30,071 nucleotides of DNA from an uncultured bacterium (GCA_963978095.1 CAXBQP010000036.1:1-30071); one strand, 5' to 3'. Counted from the stretch's first letter, positions 17,422 to 27,050 are shown. Made by a program: numbers and translations. The notes: generated by a model from the sequence alone, not told the origin.

Positions 17422-18033
17422 TCAGAGCGCGACCACCGGGCTTCGCACGACCGAATGTCCGACGATCTCCACTTCGACCACATCGCCGTGCCCGATCTGG
17501 GCGACCCCCGCGGGCGTACCGGTGAGGACGAGGTCGCCGGGCTCAAGCGTGATGTAGCGCGTGATGTATTCGAGCAACACCGGGATCGAGAACGCCATAT
17601 CGGCGCTGTGGCCGCGCTGCGTCTCGACCCCGTTATGGCGAGTCACGACGGTGAGATCGGCGAGATCGAAGGGCGCGGTGGACTCCTCACCGAGCGGCAG
17701 GAAGGTGTCGCACCCCTTCGCGCGGGCCCACTGGCCGTCGTTCTTCTGCCATTCGCGGGCGGAGACATCGTTGGCAGCCACGACGCCCCGCACGCCGGCC
17801 GCACACTCGGCCGCGCTGGCCTTCCGAAGCCGCGCGCCGATCACGACACCGATTTCCCCTTCGAAGTCGATGCGGCCCGCATCCGCCGGCAGCTCGATCG
17901 CCGCGCCCGATGCGACCACGGTGGTCGGCGGCTTCAGAAAGAGCAGCGGCTCCTTGGGCACGTCGTTCCCCATCTCCTTGGCGTGCTCGAGATAGTTGCG
18001 GCCGACACATACGATCTTCCCTGGCGTTTTCAT
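17422..18033 (-). CDS. Fumarylacetoacetate hydrolase family protein
   Basis: KIVCVGRNY.EH, PLLFLKP, DFEGE, NDVSAR, WARAKG.DTF.P.G and TLEPGDLVLTGTP.GV. Confidence 0.95.
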   Translation of the reverse strand: MKTPGKIVCVGRNYLEHAKEMGNDVPKEPLLFLKPPTTVVASGAAIELPADAGRIDFEGEIGVVIGARLRKASAAECAAGVRGVVAANDVSAREWQKNDGQWARAKGCDTFLPLGEESTAPFDLADLTVVTRHNGVETQRGHSADMAFSIPVLLEYITRYITLEPGDLVLTGTPAGVAQIGHGDVVEVEIVGHSVVRSPVVAL

Positions 18034-18041
18034 GTCGTAAT

Positions 18042-20606
18042 TTACCCTGAAGTGGTGGAAAGGGTCGTCCCGTAAAATACCCGCAGCTGCTCGAGGAGGA
18101 CGGGCCACCCCCCCTCGATGCGCTTCGCCGGGGGAAGTCCCGCCAGCAGCGCCCTGCCGTACGACTTCCGCACGACGCGTGGGTCACAGATCACCACGAC
18201 GCCGTGGTCCGTCGCCGTGCGGATCAGGCGACCGAAGCCTTGCTTGAGCCGCAGCGCGGCGTGCGGCACCATGTACTCTCCGAACGAATCCCCGCCGGCG
18301 CCGTCGATGGCCTCGCACTGCGCGGCGGTCACGGGCTCCGAGGGCACGCGGAAGGGGATCTTGCCGAGCACGAGTCCGCGCAACGCGCGTCCGGGCACAT
18401 CGACGCCTTCCCAGAACGAGGCGGTCCCGATCAGCACGGCATCGCCATGTTCCCGGAACCGACGGAGCAGCGCGTCGCGCGTGTCCTCGCCGTGCACGAG
18501 CAGCGGATGCCGGCCTTCCATTCCCAAGGCACGCATCGCCTGCGCGGCCTCCCGCACATCGCGATGACTCGTGAAGAGCAGGAAGACCCCGCCCCCTGAC
18601 GCGCCGACCAGATCCGCTGCGGCTTGCACGGTCCGCCGGAAGTGGACGCGGGCATCTTCGTTCGGCGCCGGGAAATCGGTGGGGATCGCGAGGACCGACT
18701 GCGTGGCGTACTGGAACGGCGACGGCAGAGACGCGGTCACGGGCTCCAGATCGTCCGCATCGAGCCCCAGCCGTCGACTCACGAAGTCGAACGCCTCCCC
18801 GACCGCGAGCGTGGCGCTGGTGACCACACAGGTCTCGATCCGGCGGAACAGATCCTCGCGCAGCAACGGCGCCATGTCGAGCGGAACACTCGCGAGCGCC
18901 ACGTTGCGGTCCAAGCGATCCGCGTCGTCGTCGGACGGCTCGCTCGGTCGACGGCGGGCGTCCGAACGCGCTTCGATCCACCGGACGAGCGTCTCGGCAT
19001 CCTTCCCGGGACGCAGCGCCATCCGCATGCCGTCGGCCGCATGCCCGAGCCGGCGCGTCACCCCGCGGATCTCATTGAGCAACGGCGCCAGCTCCTCGGC
19101 GCGGCGTTCGTCCGTTTCCAGGCGCTCGCGCACCATGACGAGTCCCTCTGCGAGCACTTCGATCTCGCGCAGCACGTCGTCCAGCGATGCGCCCAGCCCC
19201 GCGCGCCAGACGGGCTCATCATCAAAACCGGGCGTGAGTCGCACCTGCTGCTCGCCGCGCGCATGCATCCACTCGTCGAGGATATCGAACAGGCGCATGC
19301 CGAGGGCCCGTGCCGTCGTCGCCGCGGGGACGAGGCGCGCCCGCACGAGATCCAGACTGGCGATGCTGAGCAGGTCGTCGGCTGCGACGAGTTTGCGCTC
19401 GAGCGAATGCAGCAGGCCTTTCCCGTTGCGGTCGAGCCGCGCGAACAGCCGCTGCACGCCACGGCGCGTGACCGTCTGCCCGAGATGCGAACTCGCCGCA
19501 TCCTCGAGGTGATGCCCCTCGTCGATCACGAGCCGCGAATACGCCGGCAGCACCGCCGACTCCGCCCAGTTGCCGGAGGCACGGCGCACCGCGACATCCG
19601 CCATGAGCAGATGGTGGTTCACCACGACGATATCGGCCTGGGCCGCGAGCTTTCGCGCGTGAAACACGAAGCACTGCTCGAAATGCGGACAGCGAAGCCG
19701 CGTGCAGAGGTCGGGCTCCGCCGCGACTTCGTCCCACACATCGGTTCTCGGTGCGACCAGCAAATCGGCGGTGGAGCCATCACGGGTCTGGTCGGCCCAT
19801 GCAGCCAGCGCGTCCAGCTCCGCCGAGGCGCCGCTGTCGAACAGGGAGGCACCGGCGGCCCGTGCCTGTTCGAGGCGTTGCAGGCACAGATAGTTCCTCC
19901 ACCCCTTCAGCAGCGCGAAGCGAACGGGCTGGTCCGTCAGCGCCTCGGCGAGAAAGGGGAGATCCTTGCCGACCAACTGCTCCTGCAGGGTGATGGTCGC
20001 GGTCGATACGATCGTGCGCTCGCCATTGGCCGCGGCCCAACGCAGCGCCGGCACCAGGTAGCCGAGTGACTTGCCGACGCCTGTCCCGGCCTCGATCAGC
20101 CCGATGCCGCCCCGCGAGTAGAGCGTGCTGACGCGTCGGGCCATCTCGCGCTGACTGGGGCGATCCTCATAGCGTCCCAACGCCGCCGCGATCGGACCGT
20201 CGGGCCCGAGAAGATCCGCCACGGTGTCGGGATCGATCGCGACGATCGGTTGCGCGCGGGGCACCTCGACCACCACGTAGAGATCGCTGACGGCGTTGTC
20301 GATGATCCCGAAGCCGATCCCGTCGCCATGCACGCGCACGGCGATCTCCAGATCCGGGCCCGAGGGCTGCAGCACCCCCGAGGGGTGGTTGTGGACGAGC
20401 ATCTCGCCGCGCTGTGCGAACCCCGGGAGCGCGAGTACGCTCGACACATCGCCGCGCGCCACCGGACGCGCGGCCGTGATGATCCCCTCGTCGCTCACCG
20501 TGCAGGCGAAGCACACTTCGTTCCCGCCGGCGAGCGAGATGGCGGTCCGCATGGCGCGGGCCGGCCCGGGGGCGATCCGCGAGATGGGGGTCACGCGCTC
20601 GCTCAC
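18042..20606 (-). CDS. dinG: DinG-family Fe-S helicase with N-terminal JAB/RadC-like domain
   Basis: GTG 20606 overlaps the upstream stop. NEV...HNHPSGVLQPSGPD (JAMM), YEDRPSQ (Q motif), EAGTGVGKS, NYLC..C....C.....C, DEGH, TSATL, FWEGVD and QGFGRLIR. Confidence 0.92.
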   Translation of the reverse strand: MSERVTPISRIAPGPARAMRTAISLAGGNEVCFACTVSDEGIITAARPVARGDVSSVLALPGFAQRGEMLVHNHPSGVLQPSGPDLEIAVRVHGDGIGFGIIDNAVSDLYVVVEVPRAQPIVAIDPDTVADLLGPDGPIAAALGRYEDRPSQREMARRVSTLYSRGGIGLIEAGTGVGKSLGYLVPALRWAAANGERTIVSTATITLQEQLVGKDLPFLAEALTDQPVRFALLKGWRNYLCLQRLEQARAAGASLFDSGASAELDALAAWADQTRDGSTADLLVAPRTDVWDEVAAEPDLCTRLRCPHFEQCFVFHARKLAAQADIVVVNHHLLMADVAVRRASGNWAESAVLPAYSRLVIDEGHHLEDAASSHLGQTVTRRGVQRLFARLDRNGKGLLHSLERKLVAADDLLSIASLDLVRARLVPAATTARALGMRLFDILDEWMHARGEQQVRLTPGFDDEPVWRAGLGASLDDVLREIEVLAEGLVMVRERLETDERRAEELAPLLNEIRGVTRRLGHAADGMRMALRPGKDAETLVRWIEARSDARRRPSEPSDDDADRLDRNVALASVPLDMAPLLREDLFRRIETCVVTSATLAVGEAFDFVSRRLGLDADDLEPVTASLPSPFQYATQSVLAIPTDFPAPNEDARVHFRRTVQAAADLVGASGGGVFLLFTSHRDVREAAQAMRALGMEGRHPLLVHGEDTRDALLRRFREHGDAVLIGTASFWEGVDVPGRALRGLVLGKIPFRVPSEPVTAAQCEAIDGAGGDSFGEYMVPHAALRLKQGFGRLIRTATDHGVVVICDPRVVRKSYGRALLAGLPPAKRIEGGWPVLLEQLRVFYGTTLSTTSG

Positions 20607-21883
20607 GTCTTGAGCGGCTTCTTCTTGGCGGCTGGGAACAGCACGTTGTTCAGGATCAACCGGTAGCCCGGCGAGTTGGGATGGAGCGCGAGATCCGTCG
20701 GCGCCGCCCCGATGTTGTGTTGCGGATCCTCCGGGTCGTGACCGCCCAGATAGGTCCAGGACCCCTTGCCGTAGTCCCCGTGGATGTATTTCACCCACGG
20801 GGCTCCGTCCTCCGTGGCCAGGATCGTCACGCCGGGTTTGAGCACCGCCTTCGCGAACGAGGTCGTGACCCCGTAGTAATCGGGGATCACCTTGCGGTGA
20901 TCCTGCAGGAGCATGGTCGCGACGGGATCGAACTTGGCGGAGAAGTTGAAGAGTGTGAACTGTCCGAGCGGCTGCCGACGCGCGGGCACGTTCACCTGAT
21001 GCCCGTCGATGTCGCTCATGGCATTCACCCCCGGCGACATCTCCAGATGCACGTTCTGGAACGCGAAGGTGTGGATCCAATCCATCTTGGCATCGGCATC
21101 GGCGTCCATCGGGGTCCCGTCGGAGTACGCGCCGGCGATATCGACATTCTGCGCGCCCATCGCGAGTTCGATCGTTTCGGTCGCCCCGCACATGGCGAAC
21201 AGGAAGCCGCCCTTGTCCACGAAATCCCGGAGCTTGGCCGCGACCGCTTTCTTCAGCGCGGGGACGTGCGGCAGCCCGTTCCGCTGGGCCGTTCCCATGT
21301 CGCGGTCGCGTTGCTCGATGAACCACGGCGTATCCCGGAAGCCGAGGTACAACTTGTTCATCTGTCCCGTGAAATCCTCGTGGTGCAGATGGATCCAGTC
21401 GAACTTCGTGAGGTCGCTCTTGAGCACCTCGTCGTCCCAGATCTGCGTGAACTCGATCCCGGCGTACTTGAGGGCCAGCGTCACGGCGTCGTCCCACGGC
21501 GGCGACTTCGGCGGCGAGTAGATGGCAATGCGAGGGGCCTTCTCGAGCGCCACCGCATCCATGTTCCCTGCCGCGATCTCCTTCCGGATTCCCGCGAGCG
21601 TCGCGTCGGAGACGGATTCCACCGTGATGCCATCGAGCGCGGCTTTCCGGCGGAGCGCGGGATCCTCCGGCAGAAGGAAGGCGCCACCCCGATAGTTCAG
21701 GAACCATTCGGTCTTGGTTCCCGTCTTCAGCGCCGTGAAGGCGAGCCCGTACGCCTTCAAGTGATTGGCTTGCATGTCGTCCATCGGCACCAGTACGTGT
21801 TGGGCGCCGAGCATGGTCGTCGCGCACGCGATCCACGCGACGCCGGCGACCAGAACGCGAAGGAACGAGCGACCACTGGTCAT
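20603..21883 (-). CDS. Exported conserved protein with class I glutamine amidotransferase-like domain (family often mislabelled 'asparagine synthetase B')
   Basis: Signal peptide ending LGA-Q, NHLKAYG, W.LNYRGG.F, PWDDAVTLAL.YA.I, DWIHLHHEDFTGQ, GGFLFAMC, GGHDPED and NSPGYRLILNNVLFPAA. Confidence 0.75.
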   Translation of the reverse strand: MTSGRSFLRVLVAGVAWIACATTMLGAQHVLVPMDDMQANHLKAYGLAFTALKTGTKTEWFLNYRGGAFLLPEDPALRRKAALDGITVESVSDATLAGIRKEIAAGNMDAVALEKAPRIAIYSPPKSPPWDDAVTLALKYAGIEFTQIWDDEVLKSDLTKFDWIHLHHEDFTGQMNKLYLGFRDTPWFIEQRDRDMGTAQRNGLPHVPALKKAVAAKLRDFVDKGGFLFAMCGATETIELAMGAQNVDIAGAYSDGTPMDADADAKMDWIHTFAFQNVHLEMSPGVNAMSDIDGHQVNVPARRQPLGQFTLFNFSAKFDPVATMLLQDHRKVIPDYYGVTTSFAKAVLKPGVTILATEDGAPWVKYIHGDYGKGSWTYLGGHDPEDPQHNIGAAPTDLALHPNSPGYRLILNNVLFPAAKKKPLKT

Positions 21884-23586
21884 GACGAAACCCCGGTACG
21901 AGCGAGATCGAGCTCGCGTCGTGCCTGCGGCACCAGCGCGCTCTGCGGATACGTGAGAATCAAATGTTCGAGCCGGTCCACCGCGCCCGCCGTGTCGCCG
22001 GCGCGACCCAACGCACGCGCCCATTCCAGGTCCGACTCCGCGGCCTCGGGGGAGGTGCCGTGCCGCTGGAGAATGCGTTGCCAGATGGGAATCGCCAGCG
22101 CATCACGACGACGCGCGGCATGGATCCGGGCCGCGAGGGCGAGCAGCAGGGGCGCCGCGTCGGTCAACTCGTCGGCGGCCCGTTCGAATCGCTGCGCCGC
22201 CTGTCCGGAATCATTGCGCGCGAGCGCCAGGAAGGCCGTCCCGATCGCGCGGGAGCTGTCGGCCTTGGTGCGGCCGAGCAGGGCCATGGCGTTCAACACC
22301 TCGGGCGTGTTCTCCGTGGGGTGACGCAATCCGTTGCGCGCGGTGACCAGATCCCCGTCGAAGAGTGCGAGCCACGCCGTGACTTCGTCCGCATCGTCGC
22401 CGGAGGCTTGTGCGAGCGCCGCCCGTGCCTTGTCGACCTGGCCGCTGCGGATCCATGCCCACGCCAGGACGCGCGCATAGCTTCTCACCGCAGCGGGATC
22501 GAGCTGCGCCGCGTTGGCGGCGAGCCGTGTCTCCACATCGCGCGCACGCCCCAGCTGGCTGAGCGCCTTCAGTTCGAGCGGCAGCACTTGCGCGCGCACA
22601 GTGGCGGCGGGGAGGATGGCGCCCGCCGCCGCCACGAAGGTCAGCGCCGAGAGCGGCTCTCCCGCGTTGAGCGCGGCGGCGGCGGCACGCACGGCCACAG
22701 GTCCGGAGGGACGCGCCGTCAGCATGGCGGCAAGCGCATCGCGCGCCGGCCCCCACGCCGTCGCGCGTTCGGCGTCCGACGCGAAATCACTCCACGTGTC
22801 ATAGGCCGAATCCGCGGGGGCGAGGGTCGCGAACGTACGCCACGCCTCGCGGGGCTGCCCCCAGCCCATCTCGAGCATGCCGAGGGTCTTGCGCACCGAG
22901 AGCGGCGCGGGCGCCGCACGGAGAATCGCGCGGATCGAATCACGGGTGTCGGTCGGGGCCGGTTGCAGCGAGTACTGCGCGGCCTGCTCCAGGAATCCCT
23001 CCTGTGCCAGCGCCTCGCGCCATGCCACGGCGGCCTCGTGCCACAAGCCAAGTCCGGCCCGCAGCTGCGCGACTTCGATGCGCAACTCCTTGGTGCTGCC
23101 CAGCGCGTGCGTCGCCGCTTGGAGGATCGTATCCGCCAGGAGCGCGCGCCCCTCCATCAGCAGTTGTCCCGCGAACTCGCGGTAGGGCGTGGCGTCGTGG
23201 GGCTGTGCACGCACCCAGTCATCGAACGCGCTCCGGGCCGCCGGATCGCGCCCCACCGCGCGGAGCACGCGCAACTGCGCGCCGCGCAACATCCGGTCCG
23301 TGGGGCGCTGGCGGATGAGGGTGTCCAGCGCCACGAGGACACTGTCGTCCTGGCCCAGTTGCGAGAACACGCGCTCCAGCCCCAACACCCCTTGCCCGGG
23401 CTGCCCCGCGCTGATCACCGAGCGCCATGCACTCACCGCCTCGCGCCATTTCCCGGCGTTCTCGAGATCGATGGCGCGCTGGATGAGTTGGTCCTGTGCC
23501 TGCGCCCGCACGCTCTCGGGGCGCAGCATCAGTGCGACGCACGCGCCCAGCACCAGCGCGCGCACGACCATCGCGGCCGACCTCAC
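21880..23586 (-). CDS. Exported tetratricopeptide-repeat protein
   Basis: Signal peptide ending VRA-Q, Ala/Leu-rich helical repeats, and C-terminal LE.LIL.YPQS..VP.ARR.L typical of envelope TPR proteins. Confidence 0.8.
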   Translation of the reverse strand: MRSAAMVVRALVLGACVALMLRPESVRAQAQDQLIQRAIDLENAGKWREAVSAWRSVISAGQPGQGVLGLERVFSQLGQDDSVLVALDTLIRQRPTDRMLRGAQLRVLRAVGRDPAARSAFDDWVRAQPHDATPYREFAGQLLMEGRALLADTILQAATHALGSTKELRIEVAQLRAGLGLWHEAAVAWREALAQEGFLEQAAQYSLQPAPTDTRDSIRAILRAAPAPLSVRKTLGMLEMGWGQPREAWRTFATLAPADSAYDTWSDFASDAERATAWGPARDALAAMLTARPSGPVAVRAAAAALNAGEPLSALTFVAAAGAILPAATVRAQVLPLELKALSQLGRARDVETRLAANAAQLDPAAVRSYARVLAWAWIRSGQVDKARAALAQASGDDADEVTAWLALFDGDLVTARNGLRHPTENTPEVLNAMALLGRTKADSSRAIGTAFLALARNDSGQAAQRFERAADELTDAAPLLLALAARIHAARRRDALAIPIWQRILQRHGTSPEAAESDLEWARALGRAGDTAGAVDRLEHLILTYPQSALVPQARRELDLARTGVSS

Positions 23587-26500
23587 GGTTTCTCGCCGTT
23601 CAGTCGGCGGAAGTATTCAATGACGAGCCGGCGTTCTTCGTTGCTCAATCCGCGCAACTCGTTCCACTCGGGGACGCGATATTTGAGCGCGGCCCTGCCG
23701 GCGGCATTCCCGGCGGGGGGCACGAACGGATGGTCCTGATTGCCCGGCTTCGATTCACGGCGCGACGATTCGTCCTTCTGGTCGTTCTCGAGCGTACGTC
23801 CCGCGTCGAGCATCCGCTTGAAGAGCCGCTGTTGCCGTTCGAGGACCGTCGGATCCGCGGCCCCCTGCTCCAACGACTGCGCCAACTGCCGCGCCTCGCG
23901 TGCCAACTCCGCGGCTTTCCCCGAGGCGTCGGCATCCCCCACGTCATCGAGCTTGCGCGCCACATCGCGCTGTGTGCGCGCGAGGTCCTTGGCCAGGGCT
24001 TGCCCCTCGGGCGTCATCTGCTGCCCCTGCTTCTGCTGCTGCAGGGCGTTCTGGAGGAAACTCTGCATCTGCCCGTTGAGCGATCCCTGCTGCCGCGCCA
24101 GTTGTTGCAGCTGCGCCAACAACTCCGGCAAGCCACTCGCGGACTGCGAATTCCCCGCGCGCTCACGATCGCGCGTCAGGGAAGCGGCCGCCTGCCGCAG
24201 TGCGTCGGCGGCGTCGGCCATCGTCCCGCTCGCTTGGGAGACGCTGCGCTGATCCGACGCGTCCTTGACGGCCTGCGCCACCTTCTGCTCGGCGTCGGTC
24301 ACCGCTTTCTGCGACTTGGGGGAGACGAGCGCCGAGCGCTTGGCTTGGCTGTTCAGGCGATCGGAGGCCTTCTGCACGCCTTGGGCGAGTGCGCTTTGCT
24401 CCGACCGGAGAGTCGGATCGGTGGGGTTCTGCTTCGCCTTGTTCGCCAGCGCCTCCTGCTGACGCGCGAGCTGCAGCATTTCCTGAACCGAGCGATCCAG
24501 CTCTCCCGTCACCTCCTGCTTCCACTCGTCCACCTGTGCTTTGCGACCGTCAGAGAGCGCCTGGGCCGCCGCGTCCATGGCATCGGCGGCTTCGCGCGCC
24601 GCGTCAGCACCCTGCCCGCTCTGTCCCGGCTGCCCTTTCTGACCGGCCTGTCCCTTCTGTCCCTGTTGTCCCTGTTGTCCCTTCTGCCCCTGCTGGCCCT
24701 GCTGGCCCTGCTGGCCCTGCTGGCCCTGCTGGCCGCTCTGATTCTGTTGCTGCCCCTGCGGTGCGCCCTTTCCGTCCTTGGGCGGCGCCTTGTCGTCGCC
24801 GGCTTGCCCCTTCTCTCCGGCTTTCTCGCCCGCCTGCTCGCGATCCATCGCGCTCTGGGCCTTCATCGCCTCCTCGAGCGCGCGCTGCGCGTCCTTGGCC
24901 GCGGTGTCCGCGTTCTCCTTCTTCAACCGATCCTTCAGCGCCTCGATGTCCTTGGCGAGTTGCGCCGTGCGATCCTGCATCCGCTTGCTGGCGTCCGGCC
25001 CCTTGGCGCCGGAATCGGCGAATGCCCGTTGCTGTTTGGCGAGTTCCTTGGCTTCGTCGCGCAGCGTCTGCATGGCGCCCTCCAACGCGGCGCGCTTCAA
25101 GATCTCGGCGCTCTTCTCCAACGCCTCGCGCATCTTCTTCTGCTGATCCGCCATCTGCTGCAACGAGACCTTCGACTGCTCCTGCGACAGATTCTGCGTG
25201 GCGTTGTCGAGCTTCTTGAGCGCGTCCATCATCTCCGGCGTCAGCGCCTCGCGCAACATGCGCTGCGCCTCGCGCAACTGCCCCGCCATCGCGGTATCGA
25301 GCGCGCCCGCGGCGCGCATCCGTTCCTCGAGCGCCTTCGACGTTTGCTGCAACTGTTGCACGCGCTCGGCCATCGCCTTCTGCTCCGCCGCGAGGGCTTT
25401 GGCCTGCTGCGCCCCTTCGTACTTCATGCTGGCGCTCTGGCCGGCTTTCGCCGCGTCCTCGGGCTTTCCCGTCCGCTGATTGGCGGCGTCGGCCGTGCGC
25501 TGTTGCAACTGCTGCATCGCCTTCGCCGCGGCGGCGGCACGGGCAGCGGCGGAATCGGCGGCCGATCGGGCCGCCACTCGCTGCTCTTCCGTGGCCGGAA
25601 TGCGCAGGACGAGCTCCCGACTCACCCCTTCCTGTCCACTGGGCGACTCATCACGCGCCACCAACTGCACGTGCACGGCATCCCCGGCCTCGAGGCCGAA
25701 GGGGGTGAGGTCCATCACGAGTGTACCGCTCCAATCGGGACTGCCCCCACCGGCCACCCGCTGCGAGTTCGGCGACGTGCTCCGACCATCGCGCGTCACC
25801 CGCCAGACCTTGAGCGCGACGGACGCCAGCGCGTGGTCGTCGCTCGCCACGAGCTGCAACTCGATCTTGTCGGTCGCCTGCACCAAACTGTCGCTGCCGG
25901 GCGAGAGGATCTCGGCCACCGGCGCGGAGTCCGGGAGGACGTCGAGCACCAGCGGCGCCGGCACGTCGGCGATCACCGACGTGCGGCCACGGGCACTCCA
26001 TGTCCAGGTGCCGCTCGTCGTTGGGGTCATACGACCGCTGAAGCGGCGGTCGTCGCTCGTCAGCGTGATCGTTTCGGCACCGTTGGCCAACGTCACGGCG
26101 GCCAGTGGCTCCGACGAATGCCCCTCGATCGTCAACGCCGTCCCGCGCGGCAGCCGCAGCGGGGCATCGGCGACTAATGTTTCCGGCGCACGGCGGAGGT
26201 ACGCGGGGTACGTCGCCCGGATCGCGACGTCGCCGACGAACGGACGGTCCACCACCCGCACGACCACCGTGTCGCTCTGCGCACGGCCATCCGTCGCCAC
26301 GAGCGTCAGGTCCGCGTCGAGCGGACCGAACTCCACGGTCGCCTCACCGCGGTCCACGGCGATCGGCGTCTCCGACCACGCATTCCCCGTAGTCCGGCGT
26401 CGCAGCACGAGCGCGCTGCGGCCCGCGGCACGAACGGTGAACCGCACACGGCTCCCACGCTGCGCCCGTCGCGGGGCCCCGGGAATCTCGATCGGCGACA

Positions 26501-27050
26501 GCAACGTCCCGCGCCAGGCATCCACCGGATGCACGAGCGCCGCCCAGCCGTCCCTCCGTGACGCGGCCCCGAGGACGAGCGCCAGGACGATCGGCGCCAG
26601 CACCGCACCCGCCCGCAGCGCCCGCGTCCGCAACTGCCGCTCGAGTGCCGGTGCCAACGCGCCCCCGCTGCGTCGCAACTGGTCGGCCAGTTTCTGCTCC
26701 GCCACGCGAACGAAGATGCTGCGATCCTCCGCCAGTTCCACCACACCGCGCACCGCACCATCGCGCAGCGCCTGCTCGCGTTCCACTGCCGCCGCCACCG
26801 ACGTCAGCGACGCCACCGTTTGCGCCGCGCGCGTCCCGCGCCGCGCCACCAGCCACCCGGCGAGCGCCACGACGCCCCACACCGCGAACGGAACCGCCCG
26901 GGGCAGCGCGATCCACCGGGCCCCGCCCAACAGCTGGATCCCGAGCACCAGCACCGCGGCCGCGACGGCCAGGACCGACACGCCCGTGCCGGCGTGTACC
27001 AGTCGCACCACCCGGGCCCGTTCGCGAATCAGGATGTCGAGCACACTCAT
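23583..27050 (-). CDS. DUF4175-like large membrane protein (TM helices, Ig-like beta region, long Gln/Ala coiled coils)
   Basis: N-terminal TM segments, YPAYL and PDSAP..ASDDHAL beta-region motifs, about 650 aa of coiled coil, and C-terminal RQQRLFKRMLDAGR..EYFRRL. Confidence 0.75.
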   Translation of the reverse strand: MSVLDILIRERARVVRLVHAGTGVSVLAVAAAVLVLGIQLLGGARWIALPRAVPFAVWGVVALAGWLVARRGTRAAQTVASLTSVAAAVEREQALRDGAVRGVVELAEDRSIFVRVAEQKLADQLRRSGGALAPALERQLRTRALRAGAVLAPIVLALVLGAASRRDGWAALVHPVDAWRGTLLSPIEIPGAPRRAQRGSRVRFTVRAAGRSALVLRRRTTGNAWSETPIAVDRGEATVEFGPLDADLTLVATDGRAQSDTVVVRVVDRPFVGDVAIRATYPAYLRRAPETLVADAPLRLPRGTALTIEGHSSEPLAAVTLANGAETITLTSDDRRFSGRMTPTTSGTWTWSARGRTSVIADVPAPLVLDVLPDSAPVAEILSPGSDSLVQATDKIELQLVASDDHALASVALKVWRVTRDGRSTSPNSQRVAGGGSPDWSGTLVMDLTPFGLEAGDAVHVQLVARDESPSGQEGVSRELVLRIPATEEQRVAARSAADSAAARAAAAAKAMQQLQQRTADAANQRTGKPEDAAKAGQSASMKYEGAQQAKALAAEQKAMAERVQQLQQTSKALEERMRAAGALDTAMAGQLREAQRMLREALTPEMMDALKKLDNATQNLSQEQSKVSLQQMADQQKKMREALEKSAEILKRAALEGAMQTLRDEAKELAKQQRAFADSGAKGPDASKRMQDRTAQLAKDIEALKDRLKKENADTAAKDAQRALEEAMKAQSAMDREQAGEKAGEKGQAGDDKAPPKDGKGAPQGQQQNQSGQQGQQGQQGQQGQQGQKGQQGQQGQKGQAGQKGQPGQSGQGADAAREAADAMDAAAQALSDGRKAQVDEWKQEVTGELDRSVQEMLQLARQQEALANKAKQNPTDPTLRSEQSALAQGVQKASDRLNSQAKRSALVSPKSQKAVTDAEQKVAQAVKDASDQRSVSQASGTMADAADALRQAAASLTRDRERAGNSQSASGLPELLAQLQQLARQQGSLNGQMQSFLQNALQQQKQGQQMTPEGQALAKDLARTQRDVARKLDDVGDADASGKAAELAREARQLAQSLEQGAADPTVLERQQRLFKRMLDAGRTLENDQKDESSRRESKPGNQDHPFVPPAGNAAGRAALKYRVPEWNELRGLSNEERRLVIEYFRRLNGEKP
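24609..24734 (-). repeat. 9-bp-period coding repeat encoding 14 consecutive Gly-Gln-X triplets
   Basis: Protein GQQGQQGQQGQQGQQGQKGQQGQQGQKGQAGQKGQPGQSGQG. Five perfect copies of ccctgctgg on the plus strand at 24688-24732. Confidence 0.92.

Noticed and set aside
20607..21836. 410-aa N-terminal extension making DinG 1264 aa
   Set aside because: It overlaps the GATase-like gene in another frame, has no protein-like character, and a coupled GTG start exists at 20606.
24688..24732. CRISPR array or phase-variable repeat
   Set aside because: The 9-bp units have no spacers, lie in frame within a CDS, and no cas genes are present.
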